This document shows, piece by piece, positions 1 to 12,800 of a DNA stretch of 64,000 bases (positions within the stretch are counted from its first letter, which is position 1; each line of letters starts with the position of its first letter). Source of the stretch: Octopus sinensis (Eukaryota); assembly GCF_006345805.1 (NCBI RefSeq), contig NC_043025.1:14818001-14882000 (forward strand). The letters run 5' to 3'. Under the pieces are notes generated by a model that ran no database searches, was not told where the DNA came from, and worked only from the letters and a program-made list of their open reading frames with translations. The position numbers and the translations under genes were made by a program.

Positions 1-646
1 GCCATGCTGGAGCACTGCCTTTAGTCGAGCAAATCGACCCTGGGACTTATTCTTTGTAAGCCCAGTACTTATTCTATCGGTCTCTTTTGCCGAACCGCTA
101 AGTAACGGGGACATAAACACACTAGCATCGGTTATCAAGCAATGCTAGGGGGACAAACACAGACACACAAACATATACACACACATACATACATATATAT
201 ACATATATACGACAGGCTTCTTTCAGTTTCCGTCTACCAAATCCACTCACAAGGCATTGGTTGGCCCGGGGCTATAGCAGAAGACACTTGTCCAAGATGC
301 CACGCAGTGGGACTGAACCCGGAACCATGTGGTTGGTTAGCAAGCTACTTACCACACAGCCACTCCTGCGCCATACATACATACACACACACATATGATT
401 TAGTTACAAGGATTCAGTCGGATTGATGTTGGATTTCTCCAGATCAGTATAAGAAATCTCACCTGTTTAAAATGTTATCTGATGATGGTGGATTGTATGT
501 TATGATGTAATCTTCTTTGAATACATTGATAAGATTTTGCTGAAACAGCTGTGGTAAATTTTATATACCATTTTCTGTTTACATATATTTGTGCTCGTGT
601 GTGTGTGTATGTGTGTTATGTACTTAAAAACTCAAAGGGAACGAAC

Positions 647-784
647 CTTAGCTTGGAAATACAGAATTTCCAGTTCATTGTCAGGTGTTTGGCTTATCAG
701 TTGACCGATATTATCTTTGCCAAATGCACTGTAATCTAGACGCTCCACCGCACAAATTTGGTCCGTTAGTTTCACAGACTGCAC
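647..784 (-). CDS. RASAL1: PH exon 2: [46 protein letters not shown]
   Basis: ttcag|GTG...AAG|gttcgt; 138 nt, phase 0-0; I.AVERLD..AF motif. Confidence 0.9.
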
Positions 785-1106
785 CTGAAGAAATATATGA
801 GAGTGAGAGTATACATACATACATATATACGCACACACACACATATATAATTAACAAAATAAGAGGAGTGAGAGAAGAAATGTTAATTCCATTTGTCTAC
901 AGCTGTTTCATGATCTGTGTACAGTTACATCTGTGATGCTAAATCGTTCAAGACACATATAAGCATACATATAAATGTATATGCAAGTATAATTGTGTTC
1001 ATCAGAACATATCAGGGCAGATAAACATGAAACTCTGGTAAATTTAGCAGTTTCCTCATTATACATTATATATATATATATACACATATATATATATGTA
1101 TGTATG

Positions 1107-1139
<33 letters not shown>

Positions 1140-4100
1140 ATATATAGTAGTGCCCATAATGTAAGGGTCAGTAAGAACAAGTGTATTGAAATATTTATTA
1201 TAGAAGATTAACAAAATGTTGAGATTAGATATTTTACACATCTTTAGATATGTCTAATATCTATCTTTCCTGAAAATTTCAAGTGAATGGAATAAATATT
1301 TCGTAAGTTATGAGGAAATAAATAAACAATCTTCCAAACTGCAATGGCCAAAAGTTAAGGGTCACTTAGAAAAAATATGAAAAATGGAACAAGAACAAAA
1401 AAAGAAACCCTTACTATTAATATTTTGTGAAGATCCCTTTACTATCAATGACCTCCTGACATCTGTTACCACAGGACTGAATTAATTTCTTGCAAAATGA
1501 TGGAGTTATATTGTTCCATTCATATTTCAATAATTCCCAGAGTTCTTTGGATTTCTCCTTTGTACTCCAACTCCAATGATCTCCCAAATATTTTCCATAG
1601 GATTGATATGAGGACTTTGAGGTGACCAGTCCGTGAGATCAACCCCTTCATCACTCAAAAAGTCTTTGACTCTCTTTGCAGTGTGATGGAGTGTTGTCCT
1701 GCATGGAGATAGGCGGTTGAATTGATGAGGATCGGAGATGTGGAAGAGCATGCTGTCTAAGAATCTGCATGTAGGGTTCAGCATTGACAGTCCCTTGTAG
1801 GCAAATAAGTGGACCAGGACCAGCAGCAGAGATCACTCCCTTCACCATTACACAGCCTCCTCCATATTTTACTGTCTTCTTTACACATGCACGAGATAAC
1901 CTTTCACCACTTCTTCGTTGGATGTTCATCCTACCATCGGATCCAATCACATTAAACTTCAATTCATCTCTAAAATGGATCTGTGACCACTGCTTGTCTG
2001 TCCAAATGACATGTTCATGAGTGAAATGAAGACGGGCTCTTTGATTCTTCTTGGAGATCAGATCCCTCTTTACCAGTGCTTGAGCAAGCAACCCAGAACC
2101 TTGTAACCTCCGAGAACTGTTTTGCGTGATACATTGACATCGGAAGTGGAGCTAAACTCATGGGATATCTCAGCAGCACTCTTAAACCTATCCTTCAGTG
2201 ACATTCTAACCATAACACAGTCCCTGTTTTGATGAAGTTATCATTATCATCATCACCATCATCATCATCATTGTTCAACCATGGTTGAGACAATGGAATT
2301 TACCATGCTACGCCAGACTTCACGGTCCATCATGGCATTACGGAGGTCCTGTTGCTGGATGCCTGTATCCCTGGAGATTACATCAGGGTAGGAGAGTGTG
2401 TGCCCTCTGGTATTGCGAGTAGATGGCTTCCAGAGGAGAAGAGTAGAAATTACCTCTTTTTCAGCTCTACAACAATGTCCAGCAAACTGGACTCTCCTAC
2501 CTTTCACAAGAGATGACACAGGTGGTAGTTTCCCATATATTTGCATTTTGGTTGGATGGCGCTTCCACGAGAGACTTTGAGCTTTCATAAGGAGGCGAGT
2601 GTAGGTTCCATCCAACCGCCTCTCAAGCTTCTTTGATAGCGTCCAGGTTTCTGAGCCATAGAGTAGAATTGGTTCGACTGTGGCTTTGAAGATTTCAAGT
2701 TTGAAGTCTCTACTTAGATTTGATGACCAGATCTTATGCATGTCATTACAGGCTGACCAGGCCATACCCTTTCTAGTTAGAAAATCTTTTCCAGATGATG
2801 ATATGTATGACCCAAGATATTTGTAATCAGAAACCATATTTAAGGGCGCACTGTTGAGAGTGAGTATGATTGCATCATCCATACTCTCAACAATGCACCC
2901 TCATCATCACCACCACTACCAGTGGATTTGGTAGATGGAAACTAAAAGAAGCTCTTCATCCCCCATCACTTGACAACCGGTGTTAGCCTGTTTATATCTC
3001 TGTAACTTAGCAGTTCAACAAAAAGATCGATAGAATAAATAATAGGCTTGAAAAAAAAATCCTAGGATGGATTCACTCAACCAAAATCCTTCAAGGCAGT
3101 GCTCCAGCATGGCTGCAGTCTAATGGTAGAAACAAGCGAAAAACAAAAAAAAAACAATAGTCACAAGAATAAAAGATAAAATAAAAGAGAAAACATTGAC
3201 CAACCTTACTCTCTGGAAGAGGAGAATAGCGCAGTTCTTTGTAGGTAAGCCAGAAATATTGTGGCTTGAAGGAGAAGGAGAATGATAGCCGGTTGAGCAA
3301 TTTTTTGGAAGAGTATCGACATTTGTGGAGGTATCCCTCTTTTAAGATGACCCCTGAGTAAAATGGTTGTCGGTTCGGGAAGTATCTAAGTGCTGTAATG
3401 GAGAAAAGGAGATACCGGTGGTGTTAGTGGGGCTTCTAGTTGCACGGGGTTAAAGCATGTACACATACACGAACATATATATGTTTCTTTATTGCCCACA
3501 AGGGGCTAAACACAGAGGGGGACAAACAAGGACAGACAAACGGATTAAGTCGATTATATCGACCCCAGTGCATAACTGGTACTTATTTAATCGTCCCAGA
3601 AAGAATGAAAAGCAAAGTCGAACTCGATGGAATTTGAACTCAGAACGTAATGGCAGACGATATACCTATATCTTTACTACCCACAAGGGGCTAAACACAG
3701 AAGAGACAAACAAGGACAGACAAACGGATTAAGTCGATTACATTGACCCCAGTGCATAACTGGTACTTAATTGACGCCGAAAGGATGAAAGGCTAAGTCG
3801 ACCTCGACGGAATTTGAACTCAGAACGGAACGACAGACGAAATACGGCTACGCATTTCGCCTGACCTGCTAACGTTTATGCCAGCTCGCCGCCTTATACA
3901 CGGACATATATAGACATACATAAATATGTGTCTTTACACACACACACACATACACAAACAGTAAGAGAAGAAATATGTGTTCTAGTTGTTGACAGCTGTT
4001 TCGCAGTCTGTATCTAGATACGTCAGTGATGCTAAAACATCCAACACGCACACATAAATATTCATATAGATGTACATATATAAATATAATTCCAATTCTA

Positions 4101-4382
4101 TATGTATTTTTTTGTTATGTGCATTGGATGTTTTAATGGTGCTGCAACTTAAAACAGATTATGAAACAGCTGTCAACAAATGAAATGAACATTTCTTCTC
4201 TCACTTCTCTTATTGTGTTTAATATTATAAGCTCTCCACGATTCTGATTCCTGGATTTTCAGAACAATGGTAATGTTGACCTCTAGTCTCAACCACTGTT
4301 TTTCTAGGTGTACACCAGGTGGAGAGCTTACTATGAGCTCTGTTTGATTCTTTGAATCCAAATTCCTGTTGTGTGTAGTACG

Positions 4383-4441
<59 letters not shown>

Positions 4442-4447
4442 ATATAT

Positions 4448-4518
<71 letters not shown>

Positions 4519-4794
4519 CAAATGTCAATAACCTGAATTTTGGTTTATCCAAACAAGATCTGTGATTCTAGTTTTGTTGTTGAGTATCAGTTTATGCATA
4601 ATTTGGCTCATTAAATAATCAGGGGACTGTATCTACACACACGTGTGCACACACACACATCATTTGTAATTGGAAGAAGTTAGAAATTAAAAATAATAAA
4701 ATGTGTACTTATATATATATCTGCATTAACTACTCAAGCCATTACATTTGTGAGTTTGTGTGTGTATGGTTATATATTTACATATATATGTATA

Positions 4795-4838
<44 letters not shown>

Positions 4839-5372
4839 GTGAAATAGAAAGATGAATAATCTTGTAGTAGATAATCAAAAGTTTAACCGATACCTTAGTA
4901 GCAAAAATCACAGCAGTGAACAGCACGGTTGGAGGTACAACCATCTGGCGATGCAACCGTGCGTTGGTGCGGATAATTGAAATTAAAACATTATTGGTGA
5001 ATTGAAGAAATGGAGCTGAACGCAGATTGAACAGAAATCGTTTTATTTCATTCTACACGTGTTTCGAAAGGCACAAATTACCAAAATCCGATTGAATAAT
5101 GGGACCATATTGTGTCTTTCTCTTCAGGAAGAAAAAAGGAAATCCGTTGGAAAAACAAAAACAGAACAGAGGCAGAGCAAAAAACAAATCGAACTGTGCT
5201 CCTAAGAGCCCATGGCGAAACTCTTTTTTCTTCCTGAAGAGAAAGACACAATATGGTCCCATTATTCAATCGGATTTTGGTAATTTGTGCCTTTCGAAAC
5301 ACGTGTAGAATGAAATAAAACGATTTCTGTTCAATCTGCGTTCAGCTCCATTTCTTCAATTCACCAATAATG

Positions 5373-5420
<48 letters not shown>

Positions 5421-7170
5421 GTGTGTGTGTGTAGATAGATAAATACATAGATAGATATACATATATATATATAAATATGTATATACAAATGCATAGATAT
5501 ATATACACACACACACATACATACATACACATGTGGGGAAAGAGAGAGAATGAGATAACAATATAAGTGTGTGTTTATATATACACACACACACGTATAT
5601 ACATGCACACACACACATGCATATATAAATCTATTTGATGAAGGAGAGAGAGAGACAGAAGGTGGAAGATACGAGGATGTTTATTGATTACCTCAATTGT
5701 TTCGACCTCTCTCACCTGTGCTGGTCAACAAACATTCTCATATCGTCCATGTTTTGTCTCTCTCCCATTAATCAAATACCCAATGAACACTGTGAAAATG
5801 CATGTGCTTTACCTGTAAACCTATTTCTTTACTACCCACAAGGGACTAAACACAGAGGGGACAAACAAGGACAGACAAACGGATTAAGTCGATTACATCG
5901 ACCCCAGTGCATAACTGGTACTTTATTTATCGACCCCGAAAGGATGAAAGGCAAAGTCGACCTCGGCGGAATTTGAACTCAGAATGGAGCGGCAGACGCA
6001 ATACCTATTTTTTTATTGCCCACAAGGGGCTAAACAAAGAGGGGACAAACAAGGACAGACAAACGGATTAAGTCGATTACATCGACCCCAGTGCATAACT
6101 GGTACTTTATTTATCGACCCCGAAAGGATGAAAGGCAAAGTCGACCTCGGCGGAATTTGAACTCAGAACGGAGCGGCAGACACAATACCTATTTCTTTAT
6201 TGCCCACAAGGGGCTAAACAAAGAGGGGACAAACAAGGACAGACAAAATGGATTAAGTCGATTCCATCGACCCCAGTGCGAAACTGGTACTTTATTTATC
6301 AACCCTGAAAGGATGAAAGGCAAAGTCGACCTCGGTGGAATTTGAACTCAGAACGGAGCGGCAGACGCAATACCTATTTCTTTATTGCCTACAAGGGGCT
6401 AAACACAGAGAGGATAAACAAGGACAGACAAACGGATTAAGTCAATTACATCGACCCCCAGTGCGAAACTGGTACTTTATTTATCAACCCTGAAAGGATG
6501 AAAGGCAAAGTCGACCTCGGCGGAATTTGAACTCAGAACAGAGCAGCAGACGCAATACCTATTTCTTTATTGCCCACAAGGGGCTAAACAAAGAGGGGAC
6601 AAACAAGGACAGACAAACGGATTAAGTCAATTACATCGACCCCAGTGCATAATTGGTACTTTATTTATCAACTCTGAAAGGATGAAAGCAAAGTCGACCT
6701 CGGCGAAATTTGAACTCAGAACGTAGCGGCAGACGAAATACGGGTACGCATTTTGCCCGGCGTGCTAATGATTCTGCCAGCTCTCGCCGCCTTTACCTGT
6801 AAACCACCAGGTGTTTACCATACCATTTGATATCTAATAATACACACCTGTATGTATGTATATACGTATGTGTGTGTATATATATATGTATGTTTATACT
6901 TACTGTTGTCTGTGCTGATGTCTGTTAGTGTGTCAATGAATGTCCGAACATCATCAATCTTTTCTCGTACAAAGTCATGGAGAGGTTGGAGCCATTGCTC
7001 TTTACCAACAGGTTCTGAGAGGTTACCAATGGTCTGGGTTACCTGGGAATAAAGGGACACTCACATTAGTGATTGATGCCTACTAAGCTGTGTGTATATG
7101 TGTGTATCTGCATGCAAGTTTATATGTTTATGGCTGCACACACACTCACACACGCACATATGTGTATATA

Positions 7171-7223
<53 letters not shown>

Positions 7224-7536
7224 ATATGTATATATATGTATATGTATGTATATATGTATATATATGTATATATATGTATATATATGTATATGTATATATA
7301 TGTATATATATGTATATATATGTATATGTATGTATATGTATATGTATGTATATGTATATGTATGTATATGTATGTATATGTATATATATGTATATGTATG
7401 CATATGTATATATATATGTGTATATGTATATATATATATGTGTATATGTATATATATATGTGTATATGTATATATATATATGTGTATATGTATATATATA
7501 TATATATGTGTATATATATATATTTTTTGTTTTTTG

Positions 7537-7569
<33 letters not shown>

Positions 7570-9844
7570 TTAGTCAGTATGTCTATATATTCTGAGTATT
7601 CCAAACGTATCCTAATGTAATCCTTGTATTGTCCTTTGTATACACCCTGATGATTTTCCACCCAGGGTATTTTAAATGCAAAATTATATATTTATATATC
7701 ACCATCATCATCGTTTAACGTCCGCTTTCCATGCTAGCATGGGTTGGACGATTTGACTGAGGTCCGGCGAACCAGACTCAAATCTGATCTGGCAGAGTTT
7801 CTACAGCTGGATGCCCTTCCTAATGCCAACCACTCCGAGAGTGTAGTGGGTGCTTTTACGTGCCACCGGCATGAGGGCCTGTTGAGTGGTACTAGCAAAG
7901 GCCACGCTCAAATGGTGCTTTTTATGTGCCACCTGCACAGGAGTCAGTCCTGAAGCACTGGCAACGACCTCGCTCGAATGTTTTTTTTTTCACAAGGTGA
8001 CGCAGGTAACGATCATGCTTGAATGGGGCTTTTTGCGTGCCATCGACACGGAGGCCAGCTTTTTGCTCTGGCAATGATCTCATTCTTATGGTGCTCTTAG
8101 CGCTCCACTAGCATGGATGCCAGTCACCGAGTTTGATTTCGATTTCGATTTCACTTGCCTCAACTGGTCTTCGCAAGCAGAGTTTAGTGTCCAGTGAAGG
8201 AAAGGCACACATAAGTGGCATAGGCCACAAGATTATGGTCTCATTTAGCTTGCCGAGTCTTCTCAAGCACAGCATATTTCCAGCGGTCCCGGTCGCTAGT
8301 CATTGCCTCAGTGAGGCCCAATGTTTGAAGGTCATGCTTCACCACCTCATCCCAGGTCTTCCTGGGTCTACCCCTTCCACAGGTTCCCTCAACTGCTAGG
8401 GTGTGGCACTTTTTCACACAACTATCTTCATCCATTCTCACCACATGATCATACCAGCGCAGTCGTCTTTCTTGCACACCACATCTGATGCTTCTTAGGT
8501 CCAACTTTTCTCTCAAGGTACTTACACTCTGTTGAGTATGCACACTGACATTACACATCCATCGGAGCTGGCTTCATTCCTTGCGAGCTTACGCATATCC
8601 ACAGCAGTCATGGCCCATGTTTCACTGCCATGTAGCATGGCTGTTTGTACACATGCGTCATACAGTTTGCCTTTTGTTCTGAGCGAGAGGCCCTTTGTCA
8701 CCAGCAGAGGTAAGGGTTCTCAAACTTTGCCCAAGCTATTCTTATTTTAGCAGCTACATTTCAGTGCACCCTCCTCTGCTACTGACTTGGTTACCTAGGT
8801 AACGGAAGCTATCAACTACTTCTAGTTTTCCTCCCTGGAATGTGGCGGAAGTTGTTCTCTGCGCATTTTCAGTGTTTATTGCTCCTGAGCATCGGCCACA
8901 TACAAAAACTATCTTCTCAGTTAGCCTTCCTTTGATATTACTGCACCTCTTATGTGTCCATAGCTTACACTGGGCACATCTTATAGAGTTTCTACCTACG
9001 CCTGTTCTAAGATCGTTTGCCTACTTATTATTGGTTTGCCTGCCTTCCTACTTATTAGGACTTTGGTTTTAGCTAGGTTGACTCTAAGGCCCTTCGATTC
9101 TAATCCTTGCCTCCACACCTGAAACGTCTCCTCTAGTTCTGATAGTGACTCAGCAATTAGAGCAAGGTCATCAGCATAGAGGAGCTCCCAGGGACATCCT
9201 GTCTTGAATTCCTTCGTTATTGCCTGGAGGATTATGATAAATAGGAGCGGGGCTGAGGACTGAACCTTGGTGGACCCCTACCTCTACCCAGAATTCTTCA
9301 CTGTACTCGTTGCCAACCCTCACCTTACTGACAGCGTCCCTGTACATGGCTTGAACAACTATCACTAACCATTCATCTATCCCTAGTTTCCTCATTGACC
9401 ACCAGATAAGGGATCGGGGGACCCTGTCAAAGGCTTTGTCCATGTCAATGAAAGCCAGGTACAGGGGCTTGTAATTTTGATTTTGTTTATGAAATGAATC
9501 AATTGTAGTTGAACATGTTAATTAATTAATTAATAAATTAATTTGTATCCATTAGATCTTTTTTCTAACTCAATGATAATGTTATATATATATATATATT
9601 TTTCTTTTTTTTGTTCTTTTACTTGTTTCAGTCATTTGACTGCGGCCATGCTGGAGCACTGCCTTTAGTCGAGCAAATCGACCCCAGGACTTATTCTTGT
9701 AAGCCCAGTACTTATTCTATCGGTCTCTTTTGCCGAACCACTAAGTAACGGGGACATAAACACACCAGCATCGGTTGTCAAGCAATGCTAGGGGGACAAA
9801 CACAGACACACAAACATATACACACACACACACACACATATATG

Positions 9845-9875
<31 letters not shown>

Positions 9876-12800
9876 GAAGGCTTCTTTCAGTTTCCATCTA
9901 CCAAATCCACTCACAAGGCATTGGTCGGCCCGGGGCTATAGTAGAAGACACTTGCCCAAGGTGCCACGCAGTGGGACTGAACCCGGAATCTTGTGGTCGG
10001 TCAACAAGCTACTTACCACACAGCCACTCCTGCGCCCATATATATACATCTTAGTGTGTGTATATTTATTTCTATCTGTTACTTGTTTCAGTCATTGGGC
10101 TGTGGCCATGCTGGATCTAAGTCCATTGAATAAACCCCAGAGCTTATTTTTAAAGCCTTGTAGTTATTTTATTGGCTGCTTTTGCCAAACCACTATGATA
10201 TAAGGACGTAAACAGACCAATACTGGCTGTCATGTAGTGATGGAGACAAACACAAACACACACACACACACACAGACAGTTTCCCAAATGGTAGAAGACA
10301 CTTGTCCATGGTGCCACATGGTGGGACTGAACCCAGAACCATGTGGTTGGGAAGCAAGCTTCTTACCACACAGCCACACCTGCAACTTCAGTTTTGTTAT
10401 AAATGTGGAGACTTTGTCCCCAGGATTATCCTTTCTTTATAAGGATACTCGCTTTGTTATAAGGGTGGTTACTTACCTTTGCAAGGAGAGTTAGCGTCCG
10501 GCTGACTTTCCGATCCGGGTGGTGTTCCTGGAGCAGGAACAACTTTGGCGACAATATGGCCGGAACGAAGAACCGCAAGAAGAGAAACCCACTGACTGCA
10601 TGGTAGGCATAATCCTGTCAAAAGACAACAGTTGGGCCTAAATAAGGGATCTACAAATGCAATATCCCTGCATATCTCACATCTATTTTCATTTCCCCAC
10701 TTCACTCTCTATTTCGTATCTTATCTAAATTAACTGTTGCTTAACCATTCCCTCACACCGTCTGCGAGGAAGGGATATGATAAATATCTTGGAAACAACT
10801 GTAAGACCTATTTATAAATGTTCTAAAATCTTCACAGCCTTGGGTTTTTTTAAAATCTTATTCTGAAAAAAAAAATTATTTATACACAAGCTGATATATG
10901 ACCTGCATTGGACTCCTTATTCACATAATCACCAAACCTGTGAGTATTTATTGAACGAAAACACCTAAAGCTCCATGAGGCTCCAGCAGGGGGTGGTGGC
11001 AATCCCTGCTGTACTCTTTCGCCACAACTTTCTCCCACTCTTTCTTCTGTTGGCCTGCTCGCTAAGCCAGCAGGGTGGTGTCATTCGAAGGCTAAAACAA
11101 TGTGAAGCGCATTGTGACCAGCGATGTGTAGCAACATCTGATAGCTTGGTCGGTCACGGTGATCACGTGATATATATATATATACACAGATAAATATATA
11201 AATATTGCTATATATGAATATAATGTGGTAAGGCTTCAACAAGTGGAATAGTTCTTGATCAGTTCAGAGAGTGAAAATAATGTTTATGATGAAAACTACA
11301 AGTTTTGTGAAAAACACCTGCCTAGGTATGAGACAGTTTGTCAGGTGTGCTCTAAGCAGTTGCTGATGCTCACATAGAAGACCACACAGGGGAGATAACC
11401 AATGCTATAGCAAACATTACATGTCAAAAATATGTAAACTAAATGGGAATTGTTTTGGATGTGATGGTGGGTCGGTATTTAAATTCTGCTAAGGTATATT
11501 TTGTAAGATGCAGACATAAAGAACAAAAATCTCGTTCTTGGAACTTATGCAGTATATAGGTGCAGGAGTGGCTGTGTGGTAAGTAGCTTGCTAACCAACC
11601 ACATGGTTCCGGGTTCAGTCCCACTGCGTGGCATCTTGGGCAAGTGTCTTCTGCTATAGCCTCGGGCCGACCAATGCCTTGTGAGTGGATTTGGTAGACG
11701 GAAACTGAAAGAAGCCTGTCGTATATATGTATATATATAAATGTATGTATGTGTGTGTGTTTGTGTGTCTGTGTTTGTCCCCCTAGCATTGCTTGACAAC
11801 CGATGCTGGTGTGTTTATGTCCCCGTAACTTAGCGGTTCGGCAAAAAGAGACCGATAGAACAAGTACTGGGCCTACAAAGAATAAGTCCTGGGGTCAATT
11901 TGCCCGACTAATGGCGGTGCTCCAGCATGGCCGCAGTCAAATGACTGAAACAAGTAAAAGAAGAAAAAAAGTCATTGGGGGCTCTTAACTTCTTTAAAAG
12001 GTACAATTTCTTGAGAGAACATATTAAACATCTTTTTGATGCATTAAGGCCAAACTCTGGATAAAAAAAAATATCCAGACATAGAAACAAAATAAATGAA
12101 TTAAAATTGGCTTCAAATGTTGGCAGAAGGTTAGCAGTTTCAGAGAAGTGGGTAAGTAGATTACATTGAACCCCAGTACTCAACTGGTACTTATTTTATC
12201 AACCCTGAAAGGATGAAGGTAAAATGGGTCTTGGCAGAATTTGAACTCAGAATGTAGAGATGGACAAGATACCACTAAGCATCCCACTTTTTCTCTTGGC
12301 TTTCTTGAGAAAATCGTAATTTGTTTGTTAACGTAGTTTAATTTTTCGAATTTTAACCAATCCTATGCTCTCTTTTGAGCTAAAATCATTTGCTGCATCT
12401 AAAACAGAGACAACATCCTGTAACTAACCCTAAACCTCCCCCTAACCCTAACCCTAAATTTTTTTTTTTCTTAATTGTTAAATTAATTTAATTGTTACGC
12501 GTGTAAAAAAACTAAAGCAATGGAATTAAATTAATTTAACAATTAAGAAAAAAAAAATTAGGGTTAGGGTTAGTGGGGAGGTTTAGGGTTAGTTACAGGA
12601 TGTTGTCTCAGTTTTAGACGCAGCAAATGATTTTAGTTGAATGGAGGTAATCGATTGGTTAAAATTGCCGAAATGCTCGGATTTTCAGACAAAATATCTT
12701 AGAAACTATAGAATTTTCTCAATAAAACCAAGAGAAAATGATGTTTTATAAACACATTCTACCAGTATACGAAGTTTAAAAGTGTTTAGTTAAATATAAA

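Larger units (their letters stand above)
4987..5374. repeat. Perfect inverted repeat, 152-bp arms, 84-bp spacer
   Basis: 4987-5138 is the exact reverse complement of 5223-5374. Confidence 0.95.

Noticed and set aside
142-426. Recurring '[10 protein letters not shown]…' and '[10 protein letters not shown]…' ORFs
   Set aside because: Chance frames within SINE family A copies, variably disrupted from copy to copy.
4205-5812. Two phase-compatible cryptic exons (5716-5812 and 4205-4365) that would add 86 codons between GAP and PH, with an in-frame TGA (readthrough or editing idea)
   Set aside because: The 5812 acceptor lies inside the SINE target-site duplication. Both donors fall in repeat-derived sequence (the 4204 donor motif recurs at 867 and 3961). 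There is no homology, and exons 6904 and 3392 already join in phase without them.
7073-7661. Long ORFs rich in Y/I/M/C/V/H/T (also 62012-63043, 53028-53519, 44823-45281 and many others)
   Set aside because: Translations of dinucleotide microsatellites that lack stop codons.
12420-12600. Telomeric repeats
   Set aside because: Only 2-3 TTAGGG units, symmetrically placed inside the arms of a MITE-like inverted repeat.
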